Positions 9,213 to 19,376 of a stretch of DNA of 64,000 bases are shown here, piece by piece; position 1 is the stretch's first letter; each line of letters starts with the position of its first letter. The translations under genes and the position numbers were made by a program. Below the pieces are notes generated by a model. That model ran no database searches, was not told the origin of the DNA, and was given only the letters and a program-made list of their open reading frames with translations. This DNA is from Thermodesulfobacteriota bacterium (GTDB lineage Bacteria; Desulfobacterota_D; UBA1144; Nemesobacterales; Nemesobacteraceae): the NCBI GenBank assembly GCA_047518015.1, contig JAKZRS010000002.1, positions 10,168-74,167 of the forward strand, in the 5' to 3' direction.

Positions 9213-11095
9213 TAAGTTTATCGGGCATATGTCATTCCTTTTCTGGAAGGGATCTTTTCCTTAATCTTGAGTGGAGCATAAAAAAAGGAAGAAAATACGG
9301 TCTTGTGGGTCCAAACGGTTCGGGTAAAACCACGCTGCTTGAGATCGTAACGGGACTCATGGAATCGGAAAAAGGGGAGGTTTCCGTTCCAGCTGCGCTG
9401 ACTGTGGGTTACCTTCCTCAGATAATGGACCCGCACACAGGCGATCTTACGGTGCTTTCGGCGGCTCGCGCAAGCGGTTTCGGCGGCGATGAAGACGGTT
9501 CCGAGAAACCCGTCCATGAAGCCGAGAAAATCCTTTTCGGACTGGGTTTTACAGAGGAGCAGTTCTCCCACAGAGTCTCTTCTCTTTCAGGCGGCTGGAA
9601 AATGCGGGTTGAGCTTGCGAGGATACTTCTTTTAGAACCCCGGGTGCTTCTTCTAGATGAGCCGACGAACCATCTCGACATAAAAAGCATTGAGTGGCTT
9701 GAAGGGTACCTTGGAGATTACCGCGGAACCGTGGTTCTGGTATCCCACGACAAATACCTGCTTGACCGCATGGTTGACACGGTAGCGGAGCTTGAAGGCG
9801 GGGGGATAAGAGAGTTTCGGGGTGATTATTCCTCTTACCTTGAGAAAAAAGAGCAGATTGCGGCGGTCGCGGAGGCAACTGCCAAAAACCAGGAGAAAAA
9901 GCTCCGCGCACAGCGCCGTTTCATAGAGCGGTTCAGGTACAAGGCCTCAAAGGCGAGACAGGTACAGAGCAGGATAAAAATGCTTGAGAAGATGGAGCCC
10001 GCCGCGCCATCCTCAGAAACCCGCAGAACCCTTGAATTTGATTTTCCCGCCCCGGAGCGCGCGGGGCGCGTGGTTTATGAAATAAGCGATTTCTCAAAGG
10101 AGTACGAAACACCCGCCGGCGCAAGAAACGTCGTTTTCCGAAACTGTCCAGCGCTTCGCGTGGAAAGGGGAGACAGGATAGCCGTTACCGGGAGAAACGG
10201 TGAAGGAAAAACCACTCTCTGCAAGATGATTGCCGGTGTTGAAAACTTCTCCGGTAAAAGTCGCTTGGGCCATAACGTAACCCTGGGCTACTACGCACAG
10301 AACCAGGAAGAGATGCTTAATCCGAAAAACAGTGTTTACGAAGAATTCATCGGAGCTTATCCTCTTTTCTCCCAGACCGAGGCGAGAACGCTTCTGGGCT
10401 CATTTCTTTTCGGTGCTTCTGATATAACCAAAAAAGTCTCGGTTCTCTCAGGCGGCGAGAAAAGCCGCCTGTCCCTTCTCAAGATTCTGGTTTCCCGCTC
10501 TAATTTCCTGGTTCTCGACGAGCCTACAAACCACCTTGATATGGCGTCGAGGGAAGTGCTTCGTCGCGCTCTCGGGGAGTATCCCGGCACTTTCTTGCTT
10601 ATAAGCCACGACAGATATTTCATTGACAGTCTCGTAAGCAGAATATGGTACGTGGATGGAGGAGGGGTTGAGACGTTTATCGGCAATTACTCGGAATTTC
10701 TCGAGAAAAAGGCCCGCGACTCGGAAGACAAGCAGGTTCTCACTGAAACACGCGACGACGGACCTGCGGAGAAAACCGCGAAAACCATAGAGGCGGAGCG
10801 GCGCAACCGGCTTTACAGGGAACTTCGGGAAAAGGGCATAGAGAATATGGAGAACTGGACGCTTCTTTCGAGAAAACAGATGGAGAATGCTCTTTTGGAT
10901 CTTGAAAGCAGGATCTGTGGGTGCGAAACTGAGAAAGACGAAATGGAAAAACTTCTCGCGAACCCCGAAGTTCTCGCCCGAAGCGCTGACTGGGAAGAGA
11001 AAACAAGGCAGTTTAGAGAACTTGAGACAAAGCTTTCCGCTCTTTACGGCAGGTGGGATGAGGTGAGCGAGCACATGCGGAAGAATTTCAGTTGA
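9209..11095 (+). CDS. ABC-F family ATPase with two ABC domains (Uup/YheS/EttA-like translation factor)
   Basis: Two Walker A motifs (GPNGSGKTTLL; GRNGEGKTTLCK), two LSGG signatures and a C-terminal coiled-coil. The start is taken at the ATG at 9209 (MISLSGICHSF). Confidence 0.85.
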   Translation: MISLSGICHSFSGRDLFLNLEWSIKKGRKYGLVGPNGSGKTTLLEIVTGLMESEKGEVSVPAALTVGYLPQIMDPHTGDLTVLSAARASGFGGDEDGSEKPVHEAEKILFGLGFTEEQFSHRVSSLSGGWKMRVELARILLLEPRVLLLDEPTNHLDIKSIEWLEGYLGDYRGTVVLVSHDKYLLDRMVDTVAELEGGGIREFRGDYSSYLEKKEQIAAVAEATAKNQEKKLRAQRRFIERFRYKASKARQVQSRIKMLEKMEPAAPSSETRRTLEFDFPAPERAGRVVYEISDFSKEYETPAGARNVVFRNCPALRVERGDRIAVTGRNGEGKTTLCKMIAGVENFSGKSRLGHNVTLGYYAQNQEEMLNPKNSVYEEFIGAYPLFSQTEARTLLGSFLFGASDITKKVSVLSGGEKSRLSLLKILVSRSNFLVLDEPTNHLDMASREVLRRALGEYPGTFLLISHDRYFIDSLVSRIWYVDGGGVETFIGNYSEFLEKKARDSEDKQVLTETRDDGPAEKTAKTIEAERRNRLYRELREKGIENMENWTLLSRKQMENALLDLESRICGCETEKDEMEKLLANPEVLARSADWEEKTRQFRELETKLSALYGRWDEVSEHMRKNFS

Positions 11096-11172
11096 GAGCA
11101 ATGCTGTTTCCGCCCCGCAGTTTTTTCTTTATAATGATGGAACCCGCGATTCTCTGATTTCAGGAAACTTAT

Positions 11173-12828
11173 ATGAACGCAGCCGTAATAGCGATAGTCG
11201 TAATCGTTCTTTATCTGGCCGGGTACAGGTATTACTCAAAATTTGTTTCCGAAAAAATTTACGGGATAAGCGACGGGGAGCCCACTCCGGCCCACCAGTT
11301 GCGAGACGGCGTAGACTACGTGCCCGCCGGCAAGCATGTTCTTTTCGGACATCATTTTGCGTCCATAGCTGGTGTCGCGCCGATAATAGGGCCGGCCATC
11401 GCCGTGTTCTGGGGATGGGTCCCGGCGATTATCTGGGTTGTGTTCGGAACAATCTTTATCGGGGCCGTTCATGATTTCGGTGCTCTGGTTATCTCCGCCA
11501 GAAACAGGGGAAGATCCGTCGGAGATCTTGCCGGCATATACATAAGCCCGAGGGGAAGAATTCTTTTTCTCCTTATAGTCTGCTTCCTGGTCTTTTTCGT
11601 AATAGCCGTTTTCGCCTACGCCATATCGGTTCTTTTCGTCAGCTTTCCCGCAAGCGTGCTTCCCGTAAACTTCCAGATACTGGTGGCCCTTGTAATCGGT
11701 TTTCTTTTCTACAGAAAAAAGGTTTCCATCCTGTGGCCTTCTGTAATCGCGCTTGTGCTTCTTTACTTTATGATCTGGGTGGGAACCAAGGTGCCCCTGA
11801 CTATTCCCGAGGTCATGGGAAGTCAGGTGGTGACGTGGGTAATAATTCTTATGATCTACTCCTTTGTGGCCTCGGTTCTTCCCGTTTGGGTGCTTCTTCA
11901 GCCGAGAGACTACATAAACGGCATCCATCTTTTCGTGGGTCTCGCGATACTGATAGCCGGGATAATGGTTGCGCATCCCGAGATGCAGGCCCCCGCCTTT
12001 AACTTCGCCGCCGACGGACTTCCCGTGCTTCCCTTCCTTTTCATAACGATAGCGTGCGGAGCTGTAAGCGGATTTCACGGTCTTGTCGCGAGCGGAACCA
12101 CCTCAAAGCAGCTTGACAGGATGTCGCACTCAAGATTTGTAGGTTACGGGGGTATGCTGGGGGAGGGCACTCTTGCCATGATAGCCACCCTCGCGGTCGC
12201 GGCCGGAATAGAGCGTAGCGAATGGCTTACACACTATGATTCATGGGAATCGGCATCGAGCGGAGGCATAGCGAATTTCGTCATGGGAACTTCGAGCTTT
12301 CTTACTTCCATCCATATTCCCGAAGTGCTCGGGATCACTCTTATAAGTGTGATAGTCATAAGTTTCGCGGCAACTTCCCTTGATACCGGAGCCAGGATAC
12401 AGAGGATCGTTATAGGCGAGCTTGGAGAGGCCTGCGGTATCGAGGCTCTTAAAAACAGGTATATCGGGGCGTTTCTCGCCGTCGTGCCGCCGCTTGCGCT
12501 CGCGCTTTTCGCGCAGGTTCCGGGCAAGGGACCGGGCTCAGGTGGATTTCTGCTCTGGCCTCTTTTCGGGGCTACAAACCAGTTGATAGCCGGAATTACG
12601 CTGCTTCTGATAACTCTTTATCTTAAAAGATCGAAAAAACCGTTTATCTATACGCTTGTGCCGATGGTTTTTCTGGTGGCTATGACGACGGCATCAATAT
12701 TTTTCAATTTGAAGTATTTTCTCGACAACACGCTTCTTTTCAGCCTCTCAGCGATAATACTTGTTCTTGCAGTCTGGCTGATTTTCGAGGCCATAGTTGT
12801 TTCAAGGAAAACCCCGGGTGGCGGCTGA
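11173..12828 (+). CDS. cstA: Carbon starvation protein A (CstA family peptide/pyruvate transporter)
   Basis: Polytopic membrane protein with CstA hallmarks (…HFASIAGVAPIIGPAIAVFWGWVPA…GAVHDFGALVIS…). Confidence 0.85.
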   Translation: MNAAVIAIVVIVLYLAGYRYYSKFVSEKIYGISDGEPTPAHQLRDGVDYVPAGKHVLFGHHFASIAGVAPIIGPAIAVFWGWVPAIIWVVFGTIFIGAVHDFGALVISARNRGRSVGDLAGIYISPRGRILFLLIVCFLVFFVIAVFAYAISVLFVSFPASVLPVNFQILVALVIGFLFYRKKVSILWPSVIALVLLYFMIWVGTKVPLTIPEVMGSQVVTWVIILMIYSFVASVLPVWVLLQPRDYINGIHLFVGLAILIAGIMVAHPEMQAPAFNFAADGLPVLPFLFITIACGAVSGFHGLVASGTTSKQLDRMSHSRFVGYGGMLGEGTLAMIATLAVAAGIERSEWLTHYDSWESASSGGIANFVMGTSSFLTSIHIPEVLGITLISVIVISFAATSLDTGARIQRIVIGELGEACGIEALKNRYIGAFLAVVPPLALALFAQVPGKGPGSGGFLLWPLFGATNQLIAGITLLLITLYLKRSKKPFIYTLVPMVFLVAMTTASIFFNLKYFLDNTLLFSLSAIILVLAVWLIFEAIVVSRKTPGGG

Positions 12829-12840
12829 GGCGCTGTGTCG

Positions 12841-13446
12841 TTACATCTCTTTTCTGTTCCTAAGCGCCTTGCCGAGCGTTAGTTCGTCTATGAACTCTAT
12901 GTTGCCACCGACGGGTATTCCGTAAGCTATTCTAGAGGTTCTGATCCCGAGGGGCTTTATTGTTCTTGAGAGATAAACCGCTGTTGCCTCGCCTTCGACG
13001 TTTGTGCCGGTCGCAATTATTATTTCCTTTATGTCCTCACGGCCCGCTCTTGTTACGAGCTCTTTTATCCTAAGGTCTTCGGGACCCACGCCTTCAAGAG
13101 GAGAGATCACTCCGTGGAGAACATGGTATCTTCCCCTGAACTCCCCGCTTCTTTCTATCGCAAGCAGGTCTAGGGGCTCTTCAACGACGCAGATAATGTG
13201 CTGGTCTCTTGAGGGGTCCGTGCAGATTGCGCACGGGTCTTTTTCCGTGAAGTTAAAGCAGGTGTTGCAGGTGCTGACGTCGGATTTGGTTCTGATTATT
13301 GCGTCTGAAAGGCTTCGCGCATAGCCCTCCGATGAGCGGAATATGTGAAAAGCAAGGCGCGTAGCGTTTCTCTCGCCGATTCCCGGAAGCTTCGAAAGTT
13401 CTTCTATGAGTCTTGAAATCGGCTCGGGAAGGCCGGTTCTTTGCAT
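12841..13446 (-). CDS. recR: Recombination protein RecR
   Basis: LPGIGERNATRLAFHI helix-hairpin-helix, a C4 zinc finger (CNTCFNF…CAIC) and a Toprim domain. Confidence 0.9.
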   Translation of the reverse strand: MQRTGLPEPISRLIEELSKLPGIGERNATRLAFHIFRSSEGYARSLSDAIIRTKSDVSTCNTCFNFTEKDPCAICTDPSRDQHIICVVEEPLDLLAIERSGEFRGRYHVLHGVISPLEGVGPEDLRIKELVTRAGREDIKEIIIATGTNVEGEATAVYLSRTIKPLGIRTSRIAYGIPVGGNIEFIDELTLGKALRNRKEM

Positions 13447-13447
13447 C

Positions 13448-13771
13448 TCAGATAAGTCCTGGAGGAAGTCCCATGCCGGAGGTAATACGCGAGACTTCGT
13501 CTTTCATCAGTTCCTGTCCCTTGAAAAGAGCCTCGTTTACGGCGGCAGTCACCAGGTCCTGGAGCATCTCAATGTCGGTTTCGCTTATTATTTCGGGTTC
13601 TATAACTATTGACGATATCTCTCCCTTGGCCTTTGCAGTAACCGTAACCATTCCGCCCCCGGAAGAAGCTTGCACGATTTTTTCTCCGGCCTCGTTCTGA
13701 AGCCGCTCCATCTGCTCCTTCATCTTTCCCATCTGCTTCATGAGATTTTTCATGTTTCCGCCTAATTTCAT
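13448..13771 (-). CDS. ybaB: Nucleoid-associated protein YbaB/EbfC
   Basis: 107 aa, MKNLMKQMGKMKEQMERLQ…GGGMVTVTAKAKGEI…, in the canonical position between dnaX and recR. Confidence 0.85.
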   Translation of the reverse strand: MKLGGNMKNLMKQMGKMKEQMERLQNEAGEKIVQASSGGGMVTVTAKAKGEISSIVIEPEIISETDIEMLQDLVTAAVNEALFKGQELMKDEVSRITSGMGLPPGLI

Positions 13772-13781
13772 TTTTTCACTC

Positions 13782-15473
13782 CTAACTTAGATTCTTTCTT
13801 TTTATCACGCTGGCGTCAAACTGCCGGATGGCGTAGTTCACTATCTCATCTTCCCCAGGATGCGGTTTTATCACGCTGCTGCCGACCCCGTTAATTCCCT
13901 CTTCGTTTATAGTGTCGATATCAAGTCTTATTTTCTCAACGGCTAGCATTTCCCTCAGGATATCTCTGAGTTTTTTGGATTTCTTAAGTTCTTTTTCGTA
14001 ATTGATGCCGTTTTTAAGAAATTTTACGCTTACCCGATCCCCGCTTACTTCAAGGAGATGGGCTTGGGCGAGTTTCTTTGCCAGAAATCTGTCTTTGCCG
14101 TTTACAAAGTCAATGACCTCCTGTTTCCCAGGATTGCTGCCCACCGTTTTTGCCTCAGTGGGAGGTTCTGAAGTCTCCTTCTTCCGTTTCCCGGCTCCGC
14201 CCCCGTCTTTTTGCTTGATCCGGTCTCTGTCTTTTTCCGCGGGTTTGTCTTCCCGTTTTTCCGGGGTGCGCGCCGCGGTTTCTTTCTGGCCTCCAGTAGA
14301 ACCCGGGGTCTTTTCCGCGCCGGGTTTCCGGGGCGACAGTTTTTCAAGCCTTTTCAGCATATCGTCTATTTTTTCGACTTTTCCGACCGTGCTCATCTTG
14401 ACAAGCGCAAGCTCAAGCACGACCTCAGGGTAAAAGGAACTCCGTATTTTCTCTCCTCCATCGATCATTATGTTGAAAAGAAGCTCCACGGTCTCCGTGG
14501 ATTCGTCTTTCACCAGAGAAGCGAGTTCGTCTTTTTCGTCCGGGGAAAGATCCGAAACGAAGTCCTTGCCGCAGATCTTTAAGTAGAGGAGATTCCTGAA
14601 CATGTAGATGATGTCCTGGGCCATTCTTCTGGGGCTTATTCCCTTTGAAGCGGCGTTTCGCACAAGCTCCACGCATTTTGCCGGCTCTTTTGTGAAAACG
14701 GCTTTCAAGATGCTTTTAAGCGACTCGTTATCCGGTATGCCGAGGAGGCTTATCACATTCTTGTGGGTTATTTTGTCTTCAAAAGACACGGTCAGCTGGT
14801 CAAGCAGGCTCAGGGAATCTCTCATGCTTCCCTCAGATTCCCTTGCGATCAGGTAAAGGGTTTCTGCGTCGATTTTTATCTTTTCCGCTTCTGTTATTTT
14901 CTCGAGCGACTGCTTTATTTTCTCAACTGGTATTTTCTTGAAATCATATCTCTGGCAGCGCGACATGATGGTCGGGGGAACCTTGTGCGCTTCGGTGGTC
15001 GCGAGTATGAAAATTGCGTGCTCGGGGGGTTCTTCCATTATTTTCAGAAGGGCGTTAAAAGCAGACTGGGAGAGCATATGCACTTCGTCGATTATGTAGA
15101 CTTTTTTTCTTGCCGAAGCCGGCGCGTATTTTACGCTCTCTATGATTTCGCGAACATCGGCTACGCCCGTGTGCGAGGCGGCGTCGATTTCCTGTACGTC
15201 AAGCGATCTTCCTTCTGATATCCCCGTGCAGCTTGAGCACTGGTCAGTTGAGCAGGGGTATTTTCCCCCGTCTTTTCTCTCACAGTTTATGGCCTTCGCG
15301 ACGATTCTCGCCGTGGACGTCTTTCCCGTTCCTCTGGGCCCGGCGAACAGAAGTGCGTGGGCTGTTTTTCCGGATTCGATGGAGTTTCTGAGTGTGACGG
15401 CGGGGAATTCCTGACCGACAAGGTCTTCGAAAGTCTGGGGGCGCCACTTGCGGGCAAGCACTCTATAAGCCAT
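13782..15473 (-). CDS. dnaX: DNA polymerase III subunits gamma/tau
   Basis: MAYRVLARKWRPQTFEDLVGQE… with a GPRGTGKTSTARI Walker A and a CxxC zinc module. The start is taken at the Met 13 codons into the ORF. Confidence 0.9.
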   Translation of the reverse strand: MAYRVLARKWRPQTFEDLVGQEFPAVTLRNSIESGKTAHALLFAGPRGTGKTSTARIVAKAINCERKDGGKYPCSTDQCSSCTGISEGRSLDVQEIDAASHTGVADVREIIESVKYAPASARKKVYIIDEVHMLSQSAFNALLKIMEEPPEHAIFILATTEAHKVPPTIMSRCQRYDFKKIPVEKIKQSLEKITEAEKIKIDAETLYLIARESEGSMRDSLSLLDQLTVSFEDKITHKNVISLLGIPDNESLKSILKAVFTKEPAKCVELVRNAASKGISPRRMAQDIIYMFRNLLYLKICGKDFVSDLSPDEKDELASLVKDESTETVELLFNIMIDGGEKIRSSFYPEVVLELALVKMSTVGKVEKIDDMLKRLEKLSPRKPGAEKTPGSTGGQKETAARTPEKREDKPAEKDRDRIKQKDGGGAGKRKKETSEPPTEAKTVGSNPGKQEVIDFVNGKDRFLAKKLAQAHLLEVSGDRVSVKFLKNGINYEKELKKSKKLRDILREMLAVEKIRLDIDTINEEGINGVGSSVIKPHPGEDEIVNYAIRQFDASVIKRKNLS

Positions 15474-15489
15474 GATATCAAAACCAGCG

Positions 15490-15610
15490 ACCAGGTATCC
15501 GTAACGCACAGAGGTTATTGCTACCGTTGCTCCCTTCCGGGCCTGGCGGAATTCACAAGCCCCAGTCGTACGGGCCCGGCCACTGGATTATTCTCCAAAC
15601 AGATGAACCG
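15490..15610 (-). ncRNA. ffs: Probable signal recognition particle RNA (4.5S/ffs). Boundaries are approximate.
   Basis: The minus strand carries CCAGGCCCGGAAGGGAGCAACGG, matching the conserved SRP RNA domain IV motif (CAGGUCCGGAAGGAAGCAGC). It lies immediately upstream of dnaX, a conserved ffs position. Confidence 0.5.
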
Positions 15611-15884
15611 TCACGGTTCGGTAACTAATCACTCTACACAAAAACGGGTTTTTTAGAAATGCGCAAGGGAGAATTTTGTTTTATATCAGGGGAAAACTGC
15701 ACGATATACCGGTTGGCAGATTTACGTGGCGCCACTTTTTTCATCTGCTTTTTGCCTTGTTTATTCTTCTGCGTGGCTTCACTTGCATTGAACGAAAGGT
15801 AAATACGATTTTAATAAATTACTTGTATTCAAGACTAGTGGATACTATAGAATAAAAGTCAGCATTGGTTGGAGGTAAAAGCGT

Positions 15885-16238
15885 ATGCATGTAAAAAAGA
15901 TTGACGATATAGAAAGCGAAGTTCTTGAGTCGGGCAACGGTGTTTCAATGCAGATGCTCATAGGTCCCGAGGAGGGTCCGAATTTTGCGATGAGAAAACT
16001 TGTCATCGAACCCGGGGGCGGTATTCCCGCTCATACAAGTGGTGCTGAGCATGAGCAGTACGTGCTCGGCGGCAGGGCCAGGGTCGGAATCGGGGATCGG
16101 GTTTATGAAGTTGAAAAGGGCGACGTGGTCTTTATTCTCCCCGGAGAGCCGCATTGGTATGAGGCTTATGGATCAGAGCCTTTCGAGCTTCTGTCCGTTG
16201 TGCCAAACAGAGACAACGAGATGGTTTTCGTAAAATAG
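15885..16238 (+). CDS. Cupin domain protein
   Basis: 117 aa, …HTSGAEHEQYVLGGRARVGIGD…GEPHWYE cupin motifs. A close paralog lies at 18782..19135. Confidence 0.7.
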   Translation: MHVKKIDDIESEVLESGNGVSMQMLIGPEEGPNFAMRKLVIEPGGGIPAHTSGAEHEQYVLGGRARVGIGDRVYEVEKGDVVFILPGEPHWYEAYGSEPFELLSVVPNRDNEMVFVK

Positions 16239-16377
16239 CCGCACCGGAAAACAGCTAGCAGCATTGCAACATCTGTTGTTATAGTCTTGGGAGCCTTGGT
16301 TTGAGTTCTGCTCGTTTCAGGCGGTCTTCTGGATAATCCTGAGTTCTTAGCTATCAGGCTTCAGGCTGATTTCCGAT

Positions 16378-17994
16378 TCAATCAGCATTTTTTCGGGGTG
16401 TTTGCATTGGAGTGCGCAGGCGGCGTAACTCTCGGCGAAGTCCTATCCAGACACTGAAGAGTATCACTACGAATAGAATGGACAACGGGAAGCTCGCCAC
16501 GATGACTGCAGCCTGAAACGATCCCAGTCCACCTGCGAGCAGCAGCACAGCGGGGATCAGTCCCCCTATAACGCACCAGAACTCGCGTTGGCGTACCGGC
16601 GCATTCAGCTTTCCTCCGGCCGTTATGGAGTCAATAGCCAGGGAGCCGGAATCCAGCGAGACGACAAGAAAGGAAAACAGCAAGACGATACTGACTAAGC
16701 AGAGCGCCTGTGCCTGTGGAAACGTCTCCAGCAGTTTGAACAGAGCGAGTTCGTGGCGCCCCGTAGCGACCGTTTCAATCACTCCCGTATAACCTTCGGC
16801 GAGGAACTGGTGAACTGCCGTGCCTCCGAAAGCGTTCATCCACAGCACGCAGACAAGAGTCGGGAGTATAAGCACGAAAAACAGAAACTCGCGCACGGTT
16901 CTGCCTCTTGAAATGCGGGCGATGAACATTCCGACAAACGGCGCGTAGCAGAACCACCAGGCCCAGTAAAATATGGTCCAGTTGTGCAGAAAATCCGTAT
17001 CTTCGCGGCCTGTCCAGCCGCTGAAGGATATTATGCTGACGATATAAGTAGCGAATGAGACCAGGCAGTGGCGGAGTATGTCAGCTGTCGGCCCGGCCGC
17101 GGCGACAAACAGCATCAGTGACACCGCGAGGGTTAAGTTGACCCGACTCAGGCGGCCGATTCCGGAATTGATCCCGGTAAGCAGTGCTCCCATCGCCGTT
17201 GCCACCACCAGTGCGATCAGCACCACCTTGGACAGTCCGGTCGGCGGAAATGAGAACAGGTAATCAAGGCCGCCGGTTATCTGCTCAGCTCCCAGGCCGA
17301 TTGAGACCGCCAGGGCGAACAGGGTGCAGAAATACCACCAGCGTTTCGATCAGATGACCGGTCCAGCCCCACACGCGGTTGCCGAAGACGGGATAGAACA
17401 CCGAGCGGATGGAAAACGGCATGCCCATATTGTAGGAGAACAGGGCCATGGACAGACCCATGATGGCGAATAACGCCCATCCTGGAGTCCCCAGTGAAAA
17501 ATAGCTCCCGCCATGCCTATGGCAAAAGCTGTTTCAGTGTCGGAAGGGTCAACGCCGAGCGGCGGATTCTGGAAATGATATACTGGCTCCACGACGCCGA
17601 AAAACAGGAATCCGACGCTTACAGACGCCGCGAAGATCATGGCGAACCAGCTTACGTACGAGTAATCCGGCTTTGCGTCCCTGCCTCCCAGGCGCACTTT
17701 GGCGAGCGGGGAGACCATCAGCAGTAGGCAGAAAAGCAATATGATGTTGGCGGCGGTCATGAACCACCAGTAGAACCGGGTGACGACCCAGTGGTGGGCG
17801 TTTACGAGGATCTCGGCCGTTTGCTCCTGAAACATTGTCCCCGCGAGAACGAATATAATGATCACGGCCGCGGAAATCAGGAATACCCGGGCGTGAAAGT
17901 CAAACCCGAATATCTTGACATTATCCCACCCGCGCCAGTAGGAGCGCTTTTTGTAAATCTTTGATCCCCGCGCCGGTTTTTTTTCTTCTTTCAT
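16378..17994 (-). pseudogene. BCCT-family (betaine/carnitine/choline) transporter gene disrupted by two frameshifts
   Basis: The N-terminal third (17350..17994) and C-terminal half (16378..17226) are BCCT-like. Manual translation shows the protein continues in frame-shifted form: …AIFHWGL|GTPGWALFAIMGLSMALFSYNMGMPFSIRSVFYPVFGNRVWGWTGHLIET|WWYFCTLFALAVSIGLGAEQITGGLDYLF… Shifts lie near 17495 and 17340. Confidence 0.75.
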
Positions 17995-18053
17995 TTAAAG
18001 AAAGCCGACGTTAAGCTACCACATTCGCATTGAAAAGTCCGTCTGTATCCGGA

Positions 18054-18386
18054 TCAGCGGGCCTCGCTTCTGATCCCCTTCCATATGCTGACCGTCATCA
18101 GGATAAGCAGGATCGAAAATGGAAGTCCGGCTATGAGTGAGGCCGCCTGCAGTGATTTCAGACCTCCGCCAAGAAGCAGGGCGATGGCGGCTGCGCCTTC
18201 AAGGCTGCACCAGAACACGCGCTGGACCGCGGGAGGTTCCAGCTTTCCGCCGGCCGACGTGATGTCGATGACAAGCGAAGCGGAATCCGATGACGTAATG
18301 AAGAAGATTACAAGAAGAACGACGCTGGTAAAGGAAGCCAGTTGAGTCATCGGCTGCCTCGTCGGCAAACGCCAGCGGAGAAACAA
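18054..18386 (-). pseudogene. C-terminal fragment (~110 aa) of a second BCCT-family transporter
   Basis: …FFITSSDSASLVIDITSAGGKLEPPAVQRVFWC… is paralogous to the C-terminus of the 16378..17226 segment (…LVVSLDSGSLAIDSITAGGKLNAPVRQREFWC…). No upstream BCCT sequence is present. Confidence 0.6.
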
Positions 18387-18781
18387 ACAGCAGAATTACA
18401 ATGCTTAAGATCAGATTGTACATATATTGTCCCGGCACCCGTGTTGCTTTCGTCATTTTAAGACCTCCTGCTTATGCTCATTTTTCTATGATATTAGGAG
18501 CGGACATTTAAATGATTTTTTAACAAATTGATTCAGACTGTGAAGTTATTCTGGAGCATCTTATTATTTTTATCTGGCGGGGAACCGAAATTCATAGAAC
18601 CGATAGACGCAACGATGGGTGATGTGGTCGAGTCATTTTTTGTTGGGAACCCTGAGCCTAAGAAACCCATCGAGAAAGACAAGAAAGGCCAATCCCACCC
18701 CCTTAAGGTTGGCTAGCATTGCATGTAATCCCCGTAAGTATTTATAGAATAATTCATCTTTTCTGTGTTACACTATTCAGT

Positions 18782-19135
18782 ATGTATGTAAAAAAGGTTA
18801 AGGACGTGGAAAGCACGGTTATCGGCGCGGGGCAGGGCACTTCAAGGCAGGTTCTCATCAGTCCGGAGCAAGGTCCGAACTTCGCGATGAGAAAATTTGT
18901 TATGCAGCCCGGAGGCGATATCCCCGCTCATACCAACGCAGTTGAGCATGAACAGTACGTGCTTGGCGGCAGGGCGCAGATTGGAATCGGAGATGAAGTA
19001 CATAGCGTCGAGAAAGATGACGTAGTCTTTATTCCTGCCGGGGTGCCCCACTGGTATGAGGTTCAGGGTGATGAGCCTTTTGAGTTTCTGTGTCTTGTGC
19101 CGAATCTTGAAGACAAGATAGAGCTTATTAAATAA
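18782..19135 (+). CDS. Cupin domain protein, paralog of 15885..16238
   Basis: MYVKKVKDVESTVIG…EHEQYVLGGRAQIGIGDEVHSVEKDDVVFIP is ~70% identical by eye to the upstream cupin. The start is taken at the ATG at 18782. Confidence 0.7.
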   Translation: MYVKKVKDVESTVIGAGQGTSRQVLISPEQGPNFAMRKFVMQPGGDIPAHTNAVEHEQYVLGGRAQIGIGDEVHSVEKDDVVFIPAGVPHWYEVQGDEPFEFLCLVPNLEDKIELIK

Positions 19136-19158
19136 TTGTGCTTGGGACTAACTAAATC

Positions 19159-19250
19159 TGGCGGAGAGAGTGGGATTCGAACCCACGAGGGAGCGTAAAC
19201 CCCCTACACGCTTTCCAGGCGTGCACCTTCGGCCACTCGGTCATCTCTCC
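19159..19250 (-). tRNA. tRNA-Ser (anticodon GGA)
   Basis: The reverse complement reads GGAGAGATGACCGAGTGGCCGAAGG…CCTGGAAAGCG…long variable arm…GGTTCGAATCC…CTCTCCGCCA. Anticodon loop CTGGAAA; CCA is encoded. Confidence 0.85.
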
Positions 19251-19376
19251 CCATATTTGTCATTATAATTACACTCCGCGGATTGTTTTTTCGGGAGTTT
19301 TATAAACAATCTCCCGCAATTTGTGAAAAACCCTCTCTAGTTTAACAAGAGAATCGGTGTTTGTTAAACTATCAGA

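Noticed and set aside
11236-12078. A 280-aa minus-strand ORF inside cstA
   Set aside because: It is antisense to the CstA membrane-protein gene and its His/Gly/Lys-rich translation is not protein-like.
14002-15481. Several ORFs on both strands overlapping dnaX
   Set aside because: They are antisense or alternative-frame shadows of dnaX. I also looked for an A-AAA-AAG programmed-frameshift site within dnaX and found none.
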